A stretch of DNA of 53,316 bases, filler included, from Dimargaris cristalligena (Eukaryota), in the NCBI GenBank assembly GCA_003614675.1. It is 3 parts of 3 records of this genome, joined end to end, with 100 filler letters (N's around TTAATTAATTAA, not from the genome) between each part and the next. Parts side by side here need not be neighbours in the genome. Positions count along the whole stretch, not along the records: positions 35,662 to 53,316 come from ML002792.1; 2 more parts are not named here. One strand, 5' to 3'. Made by a program: the position numbers and the translations under genes. The number at the start of each line of letters is the position of its first letter. Position 1 is the first letter of the stretch. The notes below the pieces were generated by a model. That model made no database searches and had not been told where the DNA came from. It worked only from the letters and a program-made list of their open reading frames with translations. Positions 47,456 through 53,316 of this stretch are shown piece by piece.

Positions 47456-50400
47456 ATGTCCGAATACATTGACTATTTTCTTCAACCCCACCGTCTTGAC
47501 GAAGACGTAAGTACTGCTCGACTACCATTAAAGGATCCCAGTCGTATTGGAGATTCAGGCCATTGTTTTCCAGCCTGAAGGCTTGCCCCTGGCCAGCGGT
47601 CGGCACATGCTCCTCCGCCACGTTTATTGTCCTTTTCCATGTCTAAACTTCCCCGGGGTCCCCACTAACCCCTTTCTCTTTGGATACCTTACCCACATTC
47701 CCTTCCACTCCAGTTTCCGGAACTTGACCCATGGGTGCCTCTTGCTGACCCCAAGGGTCTCCTGCTCCAGTCCAAGGCCCGGCGAATGGTGACCGATTTA
47801 CTGGCGGTGTCCCAATTCCCGGACTTCCATGCCCGCCATCCGCTCAATCCAGGCCCCACCGTGCCAACTACCCCCATGGCGTCCCCACTGTTGTCACCCG
47901 CCGCCCACATGCTCCGCATTCCTACCCATGTCTCCAAAGTATGGCTGTACCGGGACCCGGCCAGTGGCTTGCCCCTGGCAGATAAATCACCCTTTGCCTT
48001 CCGTTCCAATGCGGTTCTGTTAGCTACCCGCAAGGGAAGTGGTAGTAGTCCTCCCCACCCATCAACAGCGGGGGGACAGCCCTCCGAAGACGGGGGCGAC
48101 GCCAATGGCGTGGCTAGCTCACCCATGACTCGCAATCTCTCGGCCGAGACGAAGAATTCGGCCCGGGGATTAGGCGATACCGGCGCCCGGGATACCATGG
48201 AGTTGACGGCGAAACAGAAACGCTACCTCGGACTGGCCGCTGAACTCATCGAGCGCAGCAAACTGCCCCTCGACTTCCTACTCCAGGAAATCTCGCCCCA
48301 GGTTACGGTGACCCTGTTTGCCTTTATTTTAGCCACCCGGGATGGTCAGTTTATGTAAGTGGCCAAATCAGGAAGACTGGAATCCTTCAAGACATACGCT
48401 GAAATACCAGTACATTCCATTTTGGAGAGACCGAAAAAAACAACCAACTAACTCTCTATACCCACCTATGCCTGTACCGCTACTACTCCGCGTACCTCGC
48501 ACAATATTGATATATATCTATATATATATATAAATGTAAAGCAACTCCCGGCTATCCAAAAGGCCTTTCGCCCATGTACTGGTGCTCTACCATCGCTGGG
48601 TGCTCCATTGCTACGGCAACGATCGTTTGCCCCTGGTCGACTGGACTACCCCGACAGATTGCCATTTCGCCTTTGTAACCGATGCGTTAGTTCACCTGGA
48701 CGCGCTCGTCACTACCTCCACCAATGGAGCCCGGCAGCCCGGGCTCGCACGTTTGCGCTTTCAATACCGATTGGAGTGCGCCGAGTACTTAATGGCGGCC
48801 CTTCGGTTCGACCATGCCATTCCCTTTTTCGAGGCCAGCGTAGCTATCCTACCCGAACAGGGGGAGCCGGGCTTCGATCCCCAGTCAATTCGTCAACATA
48901 TTGAGGATTGCCTGGCCGCTTGTCAGGCGGCGGCCGCGGTAATGGGCACGGGGACCAACCGAAGTAAATCATTACCGCATCCCTCCCTAGCCACCTGCCC
49001 TCCCTCCGGCTACATTTCGTTTATGGAACAAACCATTGCTATGGTGAAGGAGGCCCCCCTCGGGGATTCATTGCTACAGCTCCAAATCGGGGCCATGCCG
49101 GCCATGGTTTACGTGCTGCTCAATGATCATGCGCACGAGTACTTGTCGCAGGCCTACCGGTACCATCTGGTGCAGCGGCTTGTTTCCGCTAAACTTGTGG
49201 TCATCGGATGTGTGGTTGATTTAACCAATAGCCTATTGGGGTTTTATGAGTCGTTTGGTAAGTCCCCTCGCTGACTGTTTATTTATTTATTATTAATATT
49301 GCCTAGGTGGGTTTTTTGAAAATTCACTAGACACGTTCGACTAATGTATGCGTCGTCTATTAGATTGTATGTGGCATAGTGCCTGACATTAGCCACTCCA
49401 CTGGCTATGCCTATAATTAACCCATCGGCCTCTATACCTTTTCTAATCTTCTTAAATATCGCTAGGTCTGGACCTTAAGCTACAGCCCTGCACTATTGAG
49501 TCCTTCCGGGATTCGTTTCCCGTCGACAAGCAATTATTACTCAAGACCTACATGTCCATTGTTACCAATTACAGTGCCTGGAATCCCCCTGTTAGAGAGA
49601 CGGTCATCAACCACCCCCGATTTGCCTGGGCGCTCGCCTCCCTGATTGATCGCTGTGAGTCCTTTCTGAACGAAGGGGTAGCTGCTTCCATCATCGAGGT
49701 GCCCGGGGATGCTGTATTGCGGGAACAATTCCAGAAAATCCGGGCCCGGCGGTTCCAACAATCCACCGCTATTCCATTGACCCCGGAAATTGTCGCACCC
49801 TCGTCTTACAAGCCCCTGGAGACGGCCAGCACCACTCTTTTCAATCTGGCTACGGATCTTATGGTTAAGGAATGTTACCCGTTGGCGGGCAGTATTTATT
49901 ACCGCATATCTACTATGTTGAACTCCTCCCCCAACTTGGGGTTGGACCCGGCCAGCGACCCCCGGCGGCCCACCGTTAATGCCGAGTCGGTAGATTTTTT
50001 CCTGAAACTCAACCGGCTGTTGTGGGCCCTGGCGGACCTGGCGGGCAACCGCACCGCGATCCGGGCAGTACCTCCCGGCAAAGAAGCGGACATTTGGACC
50101 ATAAACCTACCCCAGGTGCTGCAATCCCATGCTACCACCCCGTTCCCCATTGTACTCCGACTGGCCCTCTACTGCCTCCACTTTCGCGAATTCTCCCGCT
50201 TTATCCAGGTGATCCAATGGATTTCAGGCAACCGAACTAGCTTCATTCAGGATGGTAAGTTGAAAACGATTCGTACCCCGTTGTTGTGTTATTATCGTTA
50301 CCGGTACCTGGCATTTCCCTATTTGTAGAGTCTACAAGGCCCACAGTCATGTTGAAGGCATACATTATTTAACCAATGTGTTGTTCTACATTCACTGCGA

Positions 50401-52158
50401 ATTCTCACTACTACTATGTCCCGATAGAATCCCAAATGCGAGCGCTCGGTGTGCTCCCGGGTATCGGACTGATTATGGAGAAATTCCGCCAAGCTGCCCC
50501 AGGTTTAGAGGAACAATTATTCAACCCGGACGGGTCAGTATGCTTGGACTTTCAGGGAATGTCGGCCCTCGTGAAGAATATCCCTCCGCCGGTCCTTATT
50601 GAGATTCGCAAATCAGCCTGCCAAACTGTTCAGATAGTCAGGCAACTGGGCCCCCAAACCCGGGCCCTACTATTCCAGAGTCTGTCCCGGTACCTACAGG
50701 ACCCATTCACCCTGTTTTTGCTGATGGGCGTGTACACCGGGCTAACCAAATGGCCGTGTCTAGGCCTGGCCATAGAGCAATTGGGCTGTCTACCCTTAAT
50801 TACGGCGAATCCCCAGGAGGCCCAGCCCGCTTTGAAGGACGACTATTGGGTCCAGTGGGTAGCAGCTCTACACACTCCAGACACCACCATGCCCCAGATT
50901 TTAGACACGGCTGCGGAATTGCTCGAAGTGATTGGAGAGGCCTTGGTGAAAACAACCACCGCTACGGAACTGCTGCCACCACACCGCTTCCCACTACCCA
51001 ATACTCTTCGCTGTCGAATCTTACTTTTATTAGGACATATCCACCACCTCAACCGAAACTATCGGGCCTGCATCGGCCATTTCGTCACGGCCTTCGATAA
51101 CTACCTGGCCTGGCAGGTACCGCCCTCCAACTCCCTGATCGCCGGGGAGCGCCCTAAACCTGCCAATGGTGGTGGTGGTTTAACCCCTCCGCCTCCCCAC
51201 ACCAGCCCTCTCCTGGGTATGGTGGCCTGGCAGGACTACTACCTTATGCCCGCCTACCTTTCGTGCATGGAGTTAGGCGACCCTTTCATGGCCGTTCTCG
51301 TGGGTCAGCTCTCGTTGGTACCCGAGGCCCCGACCATGTTTTCATTTCTCGATCGGTACTTTGCGCTTCCCGGGGGGCCACTGGAACAAAGTCGCTGGGA
51401 ACTTATCTGGGACCTAAGAATCCTAGAATACGTTATATGTAAGTGCCTTTGTCAATAAGGGGGGGGGAGTGTGATCTGCCCTTACTAGTGTCTCACATTG
51501 GTCCAGTCCAATTCACTACCTGGGAATTGTTGACCTATGGCTTCTATGAATAGCCCATTTCTCATTGTTGTCAGTATGGAAAATTCCGTTTATTGAATGC
51601 ATACTACGGATAATGTTTTATTAACCCCCGCTGTTTTTATACACGTATTACATGCCTATCTGGACTGCACTTTGGCCAATCGTCCCCACCTCTTCCCTCT
51701 ATCGGGCATTTTAGACTACGCAAGCCGAAACGGCCACGACGAGTTGGCCCGAAAACTGGTAAGTTCGCCTACTTTGGCTATATTGGAACATACTTTATTT
51801 TATGTTAAATAGTTCCTCCCGAACTTGCTCAGTCTTGGCACCCTACTATAACACTTATCTAATTCGGTCCCTTTCTTCCTCTATGCTTTACTGTCATACT
51901 TAGACAACCCATATTGCCACCCTGTCTGCCAGCCGGTCGATTGAAAAGCCCTGGCTAACTGATAGCTGGTTACGCCAGAAACTCTGGGCTTATTTGAGCA
52001 CTGCTCTTTCTGCTTTAATTAATCGGGACCCCAGCGATAAACCAATGCTGCTTCACAACGGTGGGACACGCCCAAAACCTCGAGCGGATCTAAACAACTC
52101 CCTCACTCCTTTACATGGCAAGCCACCAGTCACTGCCCATGTACAGCAGAAAGATTAG
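47456..52158 (+). CDS. INTS8: Integrator complex subunit 8-like protein, 7 exons: 47456-47506, 47714-48354, 48542-49257, 49466-50254, 50428-51438, 51715-51758, 51904-52158 (1168 aa)
   Basis: All six donors are GTAAGT and the phases are consistent. N-terminal YIDYFL, LYHRWVL, a TPR-like LLGHIHHLNRNYRACIGHF and C-terminal IWDLRILEYVIYYASRNG resemble INTS8 as recalled (WFEFLL; IWDVTILEYLTYLHHKRG). The gene model is more certain than the name. Confidence 0.72.
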
Positions 52159-52914
52159 CGAACCTATTTTTAACCCACCCATTTCAGCCTACTCATGCAC
52201 CATAGACATTGTCAGGCTGATTTGAAGGATTTTTTTAAATGTGTATTGTCTATTCTAAAGTGACTGTATCAGGATCAAGACTGAACATCACCGCTGCTTA
52301 ATAAACGAGAATGTATTTTAATCCAAAAATGAATACAGCTAGCATTGTAATAACAGCGCTCATTCAGGTCGTCTCTATGCTATTTTAAGCACAAAACTAA
52401 ATCATATTCGGAACCTAATTTTGTATGGGCCTAGGCGACCGGTTAATAAAATACCCGCACAGGTATCTTCGTTTCGCGTGAGACAATCTCGTATACTTTT
52501 TGGTGAAACCGGGTTTCCCTTTCTATTAGTCTGGCATCCGCTGGTTGTCAACCTTAGCTCTAGTTCCAGGGTATTATCGCCTTTAGGAATAGGGAAATAT
52601 CCTTTACCTGACACCTCATTCAATCGCCATGCCTGGTTGCTCGGAGAATTACTAAGAGCATAGGAGGCTGACCCTAATGCAAGGAAGTGACGCCTTATTT
52701 AGTATACCATTTGTAATACATAGTTTATAGCCAATCCAAGTTTCCAAACCTGGTTTATTATTTATCATATTCACTATCACCATTCTAGGCTGTTATTACG
52801 CCTGCCCATGTTCGTGTAATACCCACAAATTACTCAACGTGCTTAGCCACCATGTTCTTACGCCTGGGCCATTTTATCAAGTCATGACCCGGATATGTTT
52901 ATCCGTGGGAGTCC

Positions 52915-53316
52915 ATGTCATTCGCCACCCGTTTCTCCCCGGCATCGATCCAACATGAGCGCCGTGACAATCATCCCGCTGATAGTGGCCATTTTACGCT
53001 CGATGAAATCACAGCCTCCGAGATGGTCAATACCGCCATTGCTTCAGTATCTATTGGGGGGAGCGCTCTAATCATAAGTGTCTATTTACTCGGTCTGTTG
53101 ACACGCCCCGAACTCGTTCGACGATCTACTTTAACGCTGTTGACCATCAAAAGCACGGCCAATATTGTGCTCAGCGCCATGTACTTCGTCAATGACTCCG
53201 TAAAAAGCAGGTTAGGCTGCAGTGTTATTTTTACCTTTTGGCTATGGTTCTTACTATTCTCCCTGTTTGTCCAAGTCCTCATGGTCCTTAATCTTTATTA
53301 CGTGTTTGTATTGAGG
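52915..53316 (+). CDS. 7-TM GPCR-like protein (cAMP-receptor-like/Git3 type), N-terminal part; runs off the window
   Basis: Open frame with TM1 (AIASVSIGGSALIISVYLL), TM2, and Cys-led TM3 (GCSVIFTFWLWFLLFSLFVQVLMVLNLYYVFV). Absent from the ORF track because there is no stop codon. Confidence 0.72.
   Translation, partial: MSFATRFSPASIQHERRDNHPADSGHFTLDEITASEMVNTAIASVSIGGSALIISVYLLGLLTRPELVRRSTLTLLTIKSTANIVLSAMYFVNDSVKSRLGCSVIFTFWLWFLLFSLFVQVLMVLNLYYVFVLR

Noticed and set aside
36949-52158. Possible U12-type introns or intronic snoRNAs in the RNA-processing genes
   Set aside because: All donors are U2-type (GTAAGT, GTGAGT, GTATGT, GTATAC). No convincing C/D or H/ACA box arrangement was seen by eye; an Infernal/Rfam scan would be needed.

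Overview
Eukaryotic, intron-containing fungal DNA, most likely from an early-diverging lineage such as Zoopagomycota or Mucoromycota. That placement is an inference from the fungal-type BFR2 N-terminus together with an INTS8-like gene and Tyr-type GSTs. The window is three contigs joined by artificial N44-TTAATTAATTAA-N44 spacers (17760-17859 and 35562-35661), so linkage across the spacers is not established. Segment 1 holds the UTP10 C-terminus, four tandem GSTs sharing upstream bZIP-type motifs, and a ~2.9 kb duplication of an orphan secreted-protein gene with one copy decayed. Segment 2 is a repeat-rich, locally CpG-depleted accessory region with orphan secreted proteins, a Kex2-type precursor of a 38-aa cationic peptide and a cryptic Sm/LSm-like gene. 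Segment 3 is housekeeping: RRP45 (partial), YJU2B/CCDC130, BFR2/AATF, NOP10, prolyl oligopeptidase, a 7-exon Integrator subunit 8-like gene and the start of a GPCR. A ~143-bp MITE family (about 11 copies) and at least two LTR-like repeat families are dispersed through the window. Exon models were built by hand, and homology calls come from recalled family motifs, not database searches.
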